Positions 1-11,354 of a DNA stretch of 64,000 nt are shown piece by piece. The notes beneath the pieces were generated by a model that worked only from the letters and a program-made list of their open reading frames with translations, did no database searches and was not told the origin of the DNA. The stretch is from Selaginella moellendorffii (lineage: Eukaryota > Plantae > Lycopodiophyta). Every line of letters starts with the position of its first letter. Position 1 is the first letter of the stretch. The position numbers and the translations under genes were made by a program. The stretch lies in the NCBI RefSeq assembly GCF_000143415.4, contig NW_003314367.1:416230-480229 (forward strand), in the 5' to 3' direction.

Positions 1-1750
1 TTGACATGTCTGTGATCATGCATGGACTCCTCCATGCTTGGCCCCCTGGCCCACCCTTTTTAAAGTTATCACTTTCAACTAGGGTATTTGTTCCCCCGAC
101 TTGCCAATCTCGCTTGGCAAGTCCTTCAACCACTGTAACATGGTTCCTGCATAAGCGTGAAAGTCCTTGACCATCGACTTTCGTTCAAAGCCCTCTCTTT
201 GAACACTCGGGAACTACTTCCCTAACCTTGATAGCCTTGCCTCATGGCAAGCTTTAAGATCACGCTTTTGCTGCGCCACTCTGATTTCGCGCGTTCCATG
301 AACCATTTACACTTGGCCTTTCTAGGTACTAATCTACCTAGAATCGTCTTTGGGAACCTTGAAGGAACTCTGTCCCTTAGCTTGCTAAGGCCTCCCTTTT
401 CGTAAGCTTTATAGTTGCCATATAGTCTAACATGGACAATTCCATATTTTAGACTCTCCATGGCATCACGGTTGCTAGCAACAACATCCTCGAGCACCCT
501 CTTGATTCTCCACTCCCAACTTGCATAACCACCGTTGGATATGCCCTTCGATTTCTATGGTTCAATTCCATCCCAATATTACTTGCCTTTTGGCCCTATA
601 TGTTTCCTTTGGTTATTCTCCTCCAGACTAGAAGGATAGCTTTGCACCTTTTACTATGCCTTAGCAAGTATTCTTAGGGATGAACTTACCCAATAGCCTA
701 GGGAGTGGTTCCTCAATCTTGGGCATGCTCACCTTTATAATCCCATACATCGGGATTAACGTTGCTGCTTATGAGCCTTTACATGCCCATCACTAGCCTT
801 GCCAAAATTTCATTTTTGGCTTTGTTCAATTCGGGTAGACAGTCTTCTCCTGTCTCCACAACCTTGGACATTTGGATAGCACCTACTATCCATCATTCGC
901 TAGGGACTTAGTCCCTTGGGCCTTATCTATTGCCTTTGCGACACAAACACTACCTTTTGGTGTTCTAGAGTGTTTGGGTGTCCCAATGATGGCCTCCTGA
1001 CAATGAGCATTCCCTTTACGACATTAACTCACTATATCACAACATAAGAAATTTCTCCCTCGTAAGGGTATATCTAACTTTTTTATCCCAACAAGAAGTC
1101 TTAGGTAGTTGCCTTCTAGCAGTTTAACGAATTATTTTGCACCTTTTGCTTAGTTGCTTCATAGTTGTCAAGTTCTATAACTCATTGCTGGTGCTTCCAC
1201 ACCTCTATCATTATCTGGGTCACCACACTCTAACCGCATGCCTTCTAGCTTAGGCTATGCCATTCCCATTTCCATTGGGATTCCTTTGGACGGGGTTCTC
1301 ATGACCCGCCAACTTGACCTTAAGGCAGCATGCCTTGGCACCTTCGGTGTCTCCACACTATTAGCTCCACAAGCCTACCTTTATGACACTTCTTACTTGT
1401 GTCTAGGTCTTTTTGCCAAGACCAATATGGTTGTCTCTTATGCCAATTATCCATTAGCATTGCACCATAGTGTTTGCACCCAACTCTGGGCCAAAGTTGC
1501 TTTCTTCTGGGAACATCTTTCCCACAACTTTAGCATGGCACATTCTGCCATCAATGAGATACCTACTGTTCTCATACTTGGATCTTATGATCCTCCCCAT
1601 ACCTCATGGGGCACCATACACCTCAGTCCAAATGCTTCAACCAATCCCTTAAGACCATTTCTTGACTCCACTTGAGTCATCCAGCATTTTAGACTTTGCT
1701 GTAAGCTCCTAAGTGCCTTAGCCAACCAACAGAGTCGGACCCAAGACACT
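1..1750 (-). mobile_element. Internal domain of an apparently non-coding (LARD-like) LTR retroelement
   Basis: About 20-1270 is the reverse complement of 11355-12520, which runs into a PPT and LTR at 12560. No recognisable gag/pol motifs and many stops. Confidence 0.65.
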
Positions 1751-2179
1751 TCCTTCGGGATGGAAGTGAGGGGTGAGAGGTACCCATACCGGGCCGCTAG
1801 GCCACGGTGTTTCGCCCCGGCGTCCCGAAGCAAGTGTTGCACTCAAGACTTGGGGTTTAGAGGGTCCCATGATCAAGTCTTGTGGTACCAAAGGATGTTA
1901 GGAACCTGGAAACTTGGTGTGCTTGGCTGCTTGTGCTTGCGGAGAGTGTAGCCGAACCTTAAGTCCAGTCTAACCCGGGGAGGGGGATTGGGAGTGATTT
2001 GGGAATCCGTGGATGGATGGCTAACACTCCGTTGCTCGTGCAGTGAGTAGTTGAGACCAAGTAGGAGCTGGTACCATAGGCGAGAACCTTGGCAAGGGAA
2101 CTTAGCAAAAGCCAAGGCGGTGTTGGACGGGTAGACGAGGTAAGCTGACAAATTGGAAAGGAAAAATTTGTGGCTTACA
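1751..2179 (+). mobile_element. 3' half of a type-C LTR (fragment)
   Basis: Near-identical to 13282-13719; ends in GGAAAAATTTGTGGCTTACA. Confidence 0.8.
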
Positions 2180-2875
2180 ATTGCTAATCTAACGACCTGC
2201 GAGGTCTTGGTCTTCGAGGTGCCAACTTGCTGGAATACAACTTCTTGTATTCAGGTCCTGCTAACAAGGACCATCTTTGCAAGTGTTCCTCCAACACTTG
2301 ATTTGTTCTCTTGGGGAAACCTCTTGCCCCTTAGGACCACTTGTCCATGTGATGAGAATACCAACTCATCCTCTAAGTACACCCCCAACTCCTTGGGTTG
2401 TTCCCTCATTTATTAGAGGTAGCCCCGGCTACCATTTCAAATATTTGTGTCCTCCTCCGTATTTGACCTCCCACGGTCATCAATTCCAGTCTCAAATTTA
2501 TGAGCACTTGCCTCAACTATGTGAGGATAATCTTATGACTCCTTTATTGTTTTGGAGTCTCTATCTTTCCCGTGATCCCAACTATAGTTGTTTACCACAA
2601 CTACCTTAGTCAATTTGATGAGCGAAATGCTCATCCAAATCACATCCTCAACTCAATGAGGAAAACCTTGCACTGTTCCCAAGATCCCAAAGTCGTTCCA
2701 TTATTGGCCCTTTTCTATCCACCACCTCGTTTCCAAGTTCACACGTGAACCGTAATGGAGAGCTATGTCTTCCCGACTTACTACTCTGCAAGGACAGGCC
2801 CACTCCTCGGACCTTCCGATGCCAACACAAGTGATGATATATTTGAGCACCAATAAAAGTTGGACTAAGGAACAA

Positions 2876-2886
2876 CTCCGATACCA
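2876..2886 (-). promoter_or_regulatory. Primer-binding site (tRNA-iMet type) of an LTR retrotransposon
   Basis: Minus strand reads ...GCTTACA-ACT-TGGTATCGGAG, i.e. the LTR 3' end followed by a TGGTATC PBS. Confidence 0.8.
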
Positions 2887-2889
2887 AGT

Positions 2890-4777
2890 TGTAAGCGACT
2901 AATTTTTCCATTCTACTTTAGTCACTTAACCACATCTCCGACCACTTGGAGGAGTCTTTTTCACAACTTCCAAAAGTCCAATTCGGGACTTGGGGCTTGA
3001 TAGCCCCGAGAATGGCATCCGTGCCACTCAACCTTAGCACTTGGTCCAAGTGCTCCACGTGTCCGGTCCCATGACCGACACCCCAAGGCACCACCAACAT
3101 ATCAGCCCATTACGCTAAGGCCATGCCCATTCACCTTGGTCACACCGGTGGTCTAACGCCACCTACATCACAGTCCCATCTCCCAAAGACTGGGCCATTT
3201 GTCTATGAGTGATCATCCTAGATCCACTCCTCCGCATCCTTAGAATGCTCACAGACATGGGGAATAGCCTTCCCCAATATCTCTTTTCCAGTCCCCACCA
3301 AGTCCCTTTCTGTCCGTGGCCGTGTTCGCCAACACTGCCACTGGATCAAGGCCCACAGGTCCGACCACTCAGTCCAACTGTCCTTTGGGACTTCCTCACT
3401 GTGTGACTGTGTCCTTGGTCACCACACCAGAGGGCTACTTCTCTTCCTTTCCACAGTCTAGGACTTTGGGGCGACATTTCGGAACACAGTGGCCCTACGC
3501 GGGCCTTGTGGGTACTCTCCTCGCCTTCTGCCCTTGGGTGCTCTAGCCATGGGCTTAGAGCGAGGTTCCGTTGAGCCACACCAGGTATCCAAGTAGGTAG
3601 TGCCACCCACACTTGGACTGGGAGCATCGGCCAGTCGATCTCCCGGGGGAACTAGAGCCGGCTCTTGAACACTTCACCAAGCTACCCCGCTTGTCGGTCC
3701 ATGTTCACTCTAGTCTTGGACTTCCCAGTGGGCAGCTCATCACCCAACACTGGGTCCAGCCTTCCTGGGCCAAACTGGCCTTTCCTGGCCAAACTGGCTC
3801 CACTGCAGTCCTCCCCCTACTATACTTTTGGAGCTCACCAAACCCCCTAGGGTCTGGGAGACGAACGCTTTGGGCTTTCACCCTCTCAGACTCGAACTCG
3901 GACTCGGACTCGGACTCGGACTCGGACTCGGACTCGGACTCGGACTCGGACTCGGGCTCGGGCTCGGTCTCGGTCTCAGCCTCGGCCTTAGTCTTGGTCT
4001 CGGTCCCGATCTCGGTCTCGGTCTCGGTCCCGGTCTCGGTCCTGGTCTCGGTCTCGACTTCGGACTCCATCTCGGGTCCATCTCGGACTCCATCTCGGGT
4101 CCATTTCGGGTCCATCTCGGACTCCATCTCGGACTCCATCTCGGGTCCATCTCGGACTCCACCTCGGGTCCATCTCGGACTCCATCTCAGGTCCATTTCG
4201 GGTCCATCTCGGACTCCATCTCGGACTCCATCTCGGATCCATCTCGGACTCCATCTCGGACTCCATCTCGGGTCCATCTCGGGCTCCATCTCGGATTCCA
4301 TCTCGGATCCATCTCGGTTCCGTCTCGGACTCAATCTCGGATCCATCTCGGGTCCACCTCGAACTCCATCTTGGACTCCATCTCGGACTCTATATCGGAC
4401 TCCACCTCAGACTCCACCTCAGGGTCCTTCTCGGACACTTCCACGTGTCATGTGTTGGTCCTTTTGGGTCTTTTTTTGGAGCCTCGCTTATTGCTCGCTT
4501 CGTGCTCGTTCCTCGAGCACTTTGTTGGGAGTTCCACTCCCACTCTCGACCTTTCAAGTCGGGGCTTTTAGTCCAAACGTGTTACGCTCGTTTGGTTTTC
4601 GCTTTGGCCACCACCACATGGCACCCTTCCGGCTCCACTTTGGGGCCTAGGGATTTTGTGTCTCACAATGACATATGGCATATAACATGTGGCACATAGA
4701 GGGTTTAGGTTCCTCTTCGTGGTGTTATTCTATGGTAAATCACCATAGGATAAAGGGTTAAAACCACGTGCACTACA
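2890..4777 (-). mobile_element. 5' LTR (~1.9 kb, type A) of an LTR retrotransposon
   Basis: Minus-strand termini TGTAGTGC...GCTTACA, adjacent PBS, second copy at 8423-9830. Confidence 0.8.
3886..4430. repeat. Minisatellite inside the LTR: (GACTCG)n grading into 12-mer CCATCTCGG(A/G)(C)T units
   Basis: Directly visible tandem array; related arrays at about 9360-9615 and, inverted, about 12650-12935. Confidence 0.95.
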
Positions 4778-6810
4778 TTTGGTGTTAGAGAAATATGTCT
4801 CAACGGGTATTATCCAATGAGATTGAGCAACTAATCTCGTTGTATATACAGAGATAAAAACGATGATCTGAATGAGTACATATTTGGGTGCTAAGACTTC
4901 GCATTGATTCCTTGGGTATAGATTTGGTTACCTTTTTGTACCGTAATAATGTGAGCTTGCTCTTGGGCCCATAGGATGGATTTGAGATGGTTCGTTTGCA
5001 CAAATTTGTGCTTGGGCTCGTGAGTGAGGCACATTACCAATTCAAGATTATACTTTGAGTTGGCAGGATTAATGTTAGCCTATTGCTGGTTCTATGAGTA
5101 GTTCCATATATCATAGGAAAAAATAAACCTTCCCTAGGTTTGCTATGAGTGGCAAATAGGCTGGTCCGTAGCTATTTAACATAGCACTAATGGATCCTTC
5201 TTAGACATGATTATGAGTGGATCAATCAAGATTGTAGGGATTAATCTGTTAGTTCAAGTAGTTATTGCCATGCTCTCTCATAAACTTGGATTGGACTGAA
5301 AGCAGTGCAAACACAAGCTTGAGGTTTAGTCAAAGATGAGACCGAAAAGAGAGTCATTAGGGACGAAGGACCAAACACGTAAATCATTTTCTCTTGGAGA
5401 GATGATTTGCAACGAAGTGTTAACTCATTGCTCATGTTCACGTTATGCAATCAAGAGTCCCTACCTTGATGCATATTGGTTATGGTCGTCTTACAAGTGG
5501 TGAGTCGTGGGATGGATAGCTGTGAAGCGTTAAACCATTTTGTCTAGGTTTGCTATTGAAGACTTAGGTTGTAATGCTCAATTCTTTTCCGGGGAACTTT
5601 GCTATTGCTCTTTGAATAGTTTGGTATTGGATTAATTTTGAGTTTGGTAAAAAAAGAGAGTGGCATGAGCTTGTCCATGTTATAAACAAAAGTTAGTGGT
5701 GTGGGGTGTTGTAAATCTTTATCGGTGGATTGTGGCATTTATGTTGCATTTTGTCATGTTGAGTTGACACTTAATACTCACATAAACCTTTGTAGTAGTA
5801 ATATATGCATTGTTCATGGTGTTGCTCAATTGATGATTAAGTCATTATGATACTTATATCATATCCATGTGATAATGAGTAATGTGTTTACGAAGTTGTT
5901 TGGTTAAACGATGATCAACCCCAAAGTAGTTGATAGTGAAGCTAGTCTACTTGCATGAAGTAGCATTGTAGTAGCTTTGATTGGATTCTTGATGGTGGTC
6001 CATTATGCTAAGCTTAAGTTGGTTCTTTAGTTCTTTGAGTTTGCCCATTGAAGTGTTGAAAAAGGTTATAGCACTCACTTGCTATGGTTTGTTGGTTAAT
6101 CTGTTAACACTTGTAGTAGATTGTTGGATAGAGAAGGTGTGAGGTTGAGGTATTGACATTGGTAACACTTGTGTTAGTGAAAGTGACATTGTTATCTCAA
6201 GTGATGAGGAATTTTCCTTAGACCTTAATTTTTCATGTCATTTTTCTTGTGAGTGTTTTGGCTTCACATGGGATCTTGAAGGTGATTGAAGAAGAGTGTT
6301 AGTGCAATATGGATATCCAAAGATGTGGTCTCCGTGATCATGCCTTGGATGTTCATTTTGTAATTTTACAGATGTCGGTGTTGGAGTTGGAAAAATGGGC
6401 AAAGATGTTCAAGGCTTAAGCATACTATGGGTCTTGAGAATTTATATTGAGGTAAACCTATGTGAAGTTGTTGGTAGGAGGAAGTTGGTTGAGTCTTGAA
6501 AGTTTGTATTCTTGGACTAAAAGTCAATTTTTTTCTAGGATGAAATTGTTTTCAAATTTTCCACAAATTTTCTTAGGCTTTTCCAATGGCTAATCTGTTG
6601 GTCACTTTGCTCAAAAACCATTCCATTTTTGTAAGCTAATACAAACTAGTGACATGGTTAGAATTGATTTTAGTTACCTTACACCTTAGTATGTAGTTTA
6701 TATGATGTGGCCCAAAAGGGATGCAGACTTTTGAGGCTAAGGCAATTAAGTTGGATAGAGTCTAGAGTTAGTGTAGAAAAGTGGCCGTTGCACTTTTCTA
6801 AGAAGGGTGA

Positions 6811-7556
6811 TGTAGCGCATGTGGTTTTTACCCTTTATTCTATGTACCATAGGATAACACCACGAAGTAGAACCTAAACCTCTTTATGCCACGTGACACA
6901 TGCCATGTGTCCATAGGACAGTGGTGCAGAACCTGAGGTTCAGGGCCTTGGGCCACTGAACGAAGGAACAGTGCTAAACTCCCAAGCATAGAGCCAAGGA
7001 ATGATGAAACTGAACCATGGAGCAACTCCCAAGCATACAGCCCAAGGAGCGAAGGGATAGGAGCCCGAAGCAACTTGGAACAGTCTTGGAGCAACCAGCA
7101 TCCCAATGCCAGAACCAGCATGCAAAACAGAGCCAAACGGAGTCTAGCGCTATTTCGGCATACCGGTGGCCTAACGTAAGGACATGGGTACTCCACCAGC
7201 TAGCATGGAATGGAACTTAGGCTTAGACCCAAGCCGGACGTAGAACAAGGACAAGCATGCAAGCGGGAGCTAGACTATACCTCAGGTTGGTCGGCCATGC
7301 CCGACCTACCTACTATCTTGGAACCCCCCCACAGCCCCCCCCCCCCCCCCCCCTTCCCTTGAGGAACACATGCTTTGGGCTTTCACCCCAAGCCACCCTT
7401 AGTATCAGGAGTTAGTCTTTGGGACAAGTTTGAAACTTACTAAATATGGAATGTCCCTAGATTGCGAATTTGGACATGAGACGAACACCATTGTGTTCAG
7501 GTTGATCTCTACATTCCGTAGATATGCCAAATAAGCAAATCTGGACACTTTCCATA
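6811..7556 (+). mobile_element. Type-B LTR (~745 bp), probably a 3' LTR
   Basis: Starts TGTAGCGCATGTGG after purine tract AGAAGGGTGA. An inverted homolog at 10615-11354 ends at the same point (ACACTTTC(C/T)ATA, probably a mutated ...ACA). Confidence 0.7.
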
Positions 7557-8422
7557 AATAGCATTTGGGACTGAAATAAGACTAACACAAAGGGTATGAT
7601 ATCAAGGGTGTTTGGCAGACACGGTAAGCTATCATCTAGCGATATTGAGGGACCAAGCTCAATATCGCAAGGGTTCCCAACACTAGCAAGTGCAAGTCAA
7701 CGAATGAGTTTCTCTAACCAGGTCAAGTATGCTTGACTTAATAGACACTTAGGAATTCCTTCCTTATACTCATCTGGTCAAGTGCACACGCGAAGACCAG
7801 TTTCTCAACTAGCTTAGGCGGAGACTGATAACGGGTCTAGCAATACTGATCTCCTGCCATCGTGGCAGTAAGGTAAGAGTGTCCGTAAGGACTGGCCGAT
7901 AGGTAACTTTCGATACCCGAAGTCACATTCGCGATAGGTGACCCTTGTGCCTTTCTTTTGTAGCATTATGCTTAATGGCAGGTTGCACCTTGTATTTTGT
8001 TAAACTCTATGAGAGTAATGAGCTCTCACTCATCTTGACTTGGTCTTGGTGGCCATGCACCTTGGTTGAGGATAGTGATGTCCAACTTAGTTATTTGAGG
8101 TTGAGATGTTAATACCCATACTATAGTTTTGTTTATGAGGAAGTTGTGTACCGTTATGAGTCCATCTCATGTTCTTCACTTTAGTTTTGACTAAGTGTTG
8201 ATCATGCATAGCTAGCCTCTTCAAGGCATGCTCAAAGCTTTTGGCTAAACGCATTGGTGAGTTTGTTGCGATTGAGTTGGATTTGAGTGGTCATTTAGTT
8301 TGTGCTTGTTTATGAACCTATATCTTATACTTGGGGTATTATGTTCATGTTGGGTAAGTATATGACTCGATGGTATGAGTTTAGTGTTTAGGTCTTTTGA
8401 AGGCAAGTTGAAAGAGTGATTG

Positions 8423-9830
8423 TGTAAGCGACTAAATTTTCCATTCTACTTTAATCACTTAACCACACCTCCGACCACTTGGAGGAGTCTCACTCACAAC
8501 CTTCGTAAGTCCTATTTTGGACTTATGGACTTGCTAGCCCCAAGAATGGCATCCATGCCACTCAACCATTGCACTTGGTCCAAGTGCTCCACATGTCTGA
8601 TCCCATGACCGACACCCCAAGGTACCATCGACATATCAGCCTATTATGCTAAGACCATGCCTATTCACTTTGGTCACACCAGTGGTCTAACGCCACCTAT
8701 ATCACAGTCCCGTCTCTCAAAGACTAGGCCATCCATCCATGAGTGATCATCCCAGATCCACTCCTTAGCATCCTTAGGATGCCCGCAAGCATGGGGAATA
8801 ACCTTCCCCAATATCCCTTTTCCGGTCCCCACCAAGTCCCTTTCTGCCCATGGCCGTGTTTGCCAACACTGCCACTGGATCGAGGCCCACAGGCCTGACC
8901 ACTAAGTCCTACGGTCCTCTGGGATTTCCTCACCACACGATTGTATCGTTGGTCACTACACCAGAGGGCTACTCCTCTTCCTTTCCACAATCTAGGCCTT
9001 TGGGACAACATTTCGGAACACCGTGGCCTTACGCGAGCCTCATGGAGCCCGCCTTCCACCTTTGGGTGCTCTAGCCATGGGCTTAGAGCGAGGTTCCATT
9101 GAGCCACGCTAGGTATCTAAGTAGGTAGTGCCACCCACACTTGGACTGGGAGCATCGACCATTCAATCTCCCGGGGGAACTAAAGCCGGCTCTTGAACAC
9201 TTTACCAAGCTACCCCACTTGTCGGTCTGTATTCACTCTAGGCTTGGACTTCCCAGTGGTCATCCCATCACCCAAGAGCTGGGTATGGCCTTCCTAGGCT
9301 AAACTGGCCTTTCCTGGCCAAACTGGCTCCACTGGGCTCCAACCCCCACACTCTCCCTACTATCTCGGACTCCATCTCGGGTCCATCTCAGACTCCATAT
9401 CGGGTCCATCTCGGGTCCATCTCAGACTCCATCTCGGCGTCCATCTCGGGTCCATCTCGGCGTCCATCTCAGACTCCATCTTGGGTCCATCTTGGGTTCA
9501 TCTCGAGTCCATCTCAGACTCCATCTTGGACTCCGTCTCGGGTCCATCTCGGACTCCATCTCAAACTCCATCTCGGGTCCATCTCGGACTCCAACTCAAG
9601 TCCAATCTCGGACTCCTCTATGTGTCATGTGTTAGTCCTCTTGTGTCCCTTTTCTAGAGACTCACTTATTGCTTGCTTTGTTGTTATTCCTCGAGCACTT
9701 CATTAGGAGTTCCACTCCCGCTCTTGAACTTTCAAATCAGAGCTTTTAGTCTAAACATGTTATGCTCGTTTGGCTTTCGCTTCGGCCACTACCACATAGC
9801 AAAGGGGGCCTAGGGATTTTGTGTCTCATA
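8423..9830 (-). mobile_element. Second, 5'-truncated type-A LTR copy
   Basis: Colinear with 2890-4670 (TGTAAGCGACTAA...GGATTTTGTGTCTCA), with a shorter minisatellite. Confidence 0.85.
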
Positions 9831-10614
9831 GATTGTTAGTTGCTTGGCAATTAATGATTTTTTGTAAACTTTGTCAAGGACTATTTGACACTTGTTTCAC
9901 TCGATGATGATTTAGCAGTGATAGGCTTGCTTTACTAGATGGTGTTGCAAAGGATCGTGTTGTGGCTTGCATGGTTTTTCCATATTGACATGTCAATTCT
10001 TTTGTCGATATCATTTGGTTACGTTTAGTCCGTGGTGTTGAATTTCATTGAGTGTTGGACATAGTGAATCACTCCTTGATGATGTGTTATCTGTAGTTGA
10101 GTGTTGTTAAAGGATTAGTCTCGGATACTGAGTAAAGTATCTTCGACTTTAGTTAATTTAGTTGCTAGAGAGTTTTAAGTGGTGATTCACTTTTGCTTTT
10201 TTCTAGCCTTGTTCTAGTGTTGATGGCATTAAAGTGATGCTTTATTATAGACAGTGTTGATATCTCTTCGTAGGATTGATATTAAGTTTCATTGGTCTCA
10301 ATGAAGATAGTGTTGATGATTTAGTTATGGCTTTGTGTTATTAGCATTCGTGCATTTGGTAGTTAGCAACTATATTGACATTCAAATGAACTAAGTGGCA
10401 AGTTGAATTAGTTGTGTTTTAGGTGAAATTGTTTAGTAGAGGTTGAGCTTTAGCTTTTCCTTGAAAAATAATTTAATTATAGACAATGCTAACTCTACGA
10501 GAGGAAGAGTTAGTGATTAATATTGGAATGTTTGAATCCTTATTGGATTTGAGTTGGAATATATCGATCATTGATGATTTTTTTTGTGCTTGCTATGAAG
10601 TGAGTTACGTCTTC

Positions 10615-11354
10615 TATAGAAAGTGTCTAGATTTGCTCATTTAGCATATTTACAGAATGTAAAGATTGTTCTGAACACAATGGTGTTTGTCCCATATCTA
10701 AATTTTGCAATCTAAGGACATTCCATATTTAGTAAGTTTCAAGTTTGTCCCAGAGACTAATTCCTGGTACTAAGGGAGTCTTGGGGTGAAAGCCCAAAGC
10801 ATGTGTTCCTCAAGGGGGGGGGATATAAGGGGTTCCAAATGTATAGTAGAGATAGTGGGTAAATTGGGTATGGCTGACCAACTTAAGGTATAGTCTAGCT
10901 CCCGTTTGCATGCTTGTCCTTGTCCTATGTTCGGCTTGGGTCTAAGCTTAAATTCCACACCATGCTCACTAGTGGAGTACCTATATCCTTGCGTTAGGCC
11001 ACCGGTATGCCAAAATAGCACTAGAGTCCATTTGGCTTCGTTTTGCGTGCTGATCTTGGCATTAGGATGCTGAATACTCTAGGATTGTTCCAAGTTACTC
11101 TGTGCTCTTGTCCCTTTGCTCCTTAGGCTGTATGCTCAAGAGTCGTTCTGTGCTCGCTACTTGGTTCCATGCTTGGGAGTTTGGCACCATTCCTTCATTC
11201 AGCGGCCCAAGGCCCTAAAACTCAAGTTCCGCACCACTGTCCTTTGGACATGTGGCATGTGACACGTGGCACATAAAGGGTTTAGGTTCCACTTCGTGGT
11301 GTTATCCTATGGTAAATCACCATAGGATAAAGGGTAAAAACCATGTGCGTTACA
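10615..11354 (-). mobile_element. Type-B LTR copy
   Basis: Reverse-complement homolog of 6811-7556 over its full length. Confidence 0.75.

Noticed and set aside
3886-4430. CRISPR-like regular repeats
   Set aside because: Contiguous tandem units without unique spacers, in a eukaryotic context with no cas genes.
3613-4650. Long overlapping ORFs with SD, GL, PS and RD dipeptide repeats
   Set aside because: They arise from a stop-free minisatellite inside an LTR, are open in several frames, and are not conserved in the 8.4-9.8 kb copy.
4800-6800. Possible coding remnants in the GT-rich degenerate stretch
   Set aside because: Likely an old retroelement interior, but no motif could be recognised, so it is left unannotated.
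6811-11354. A large TIR DNA transposon bounded by 745-bp inverted repeats
   Set aside because: The repeats have TG starts shared with LTR A, one follows a PPT-like tract, and no flanking TSD is seen; two independent LTR copies is the simpler explanation.
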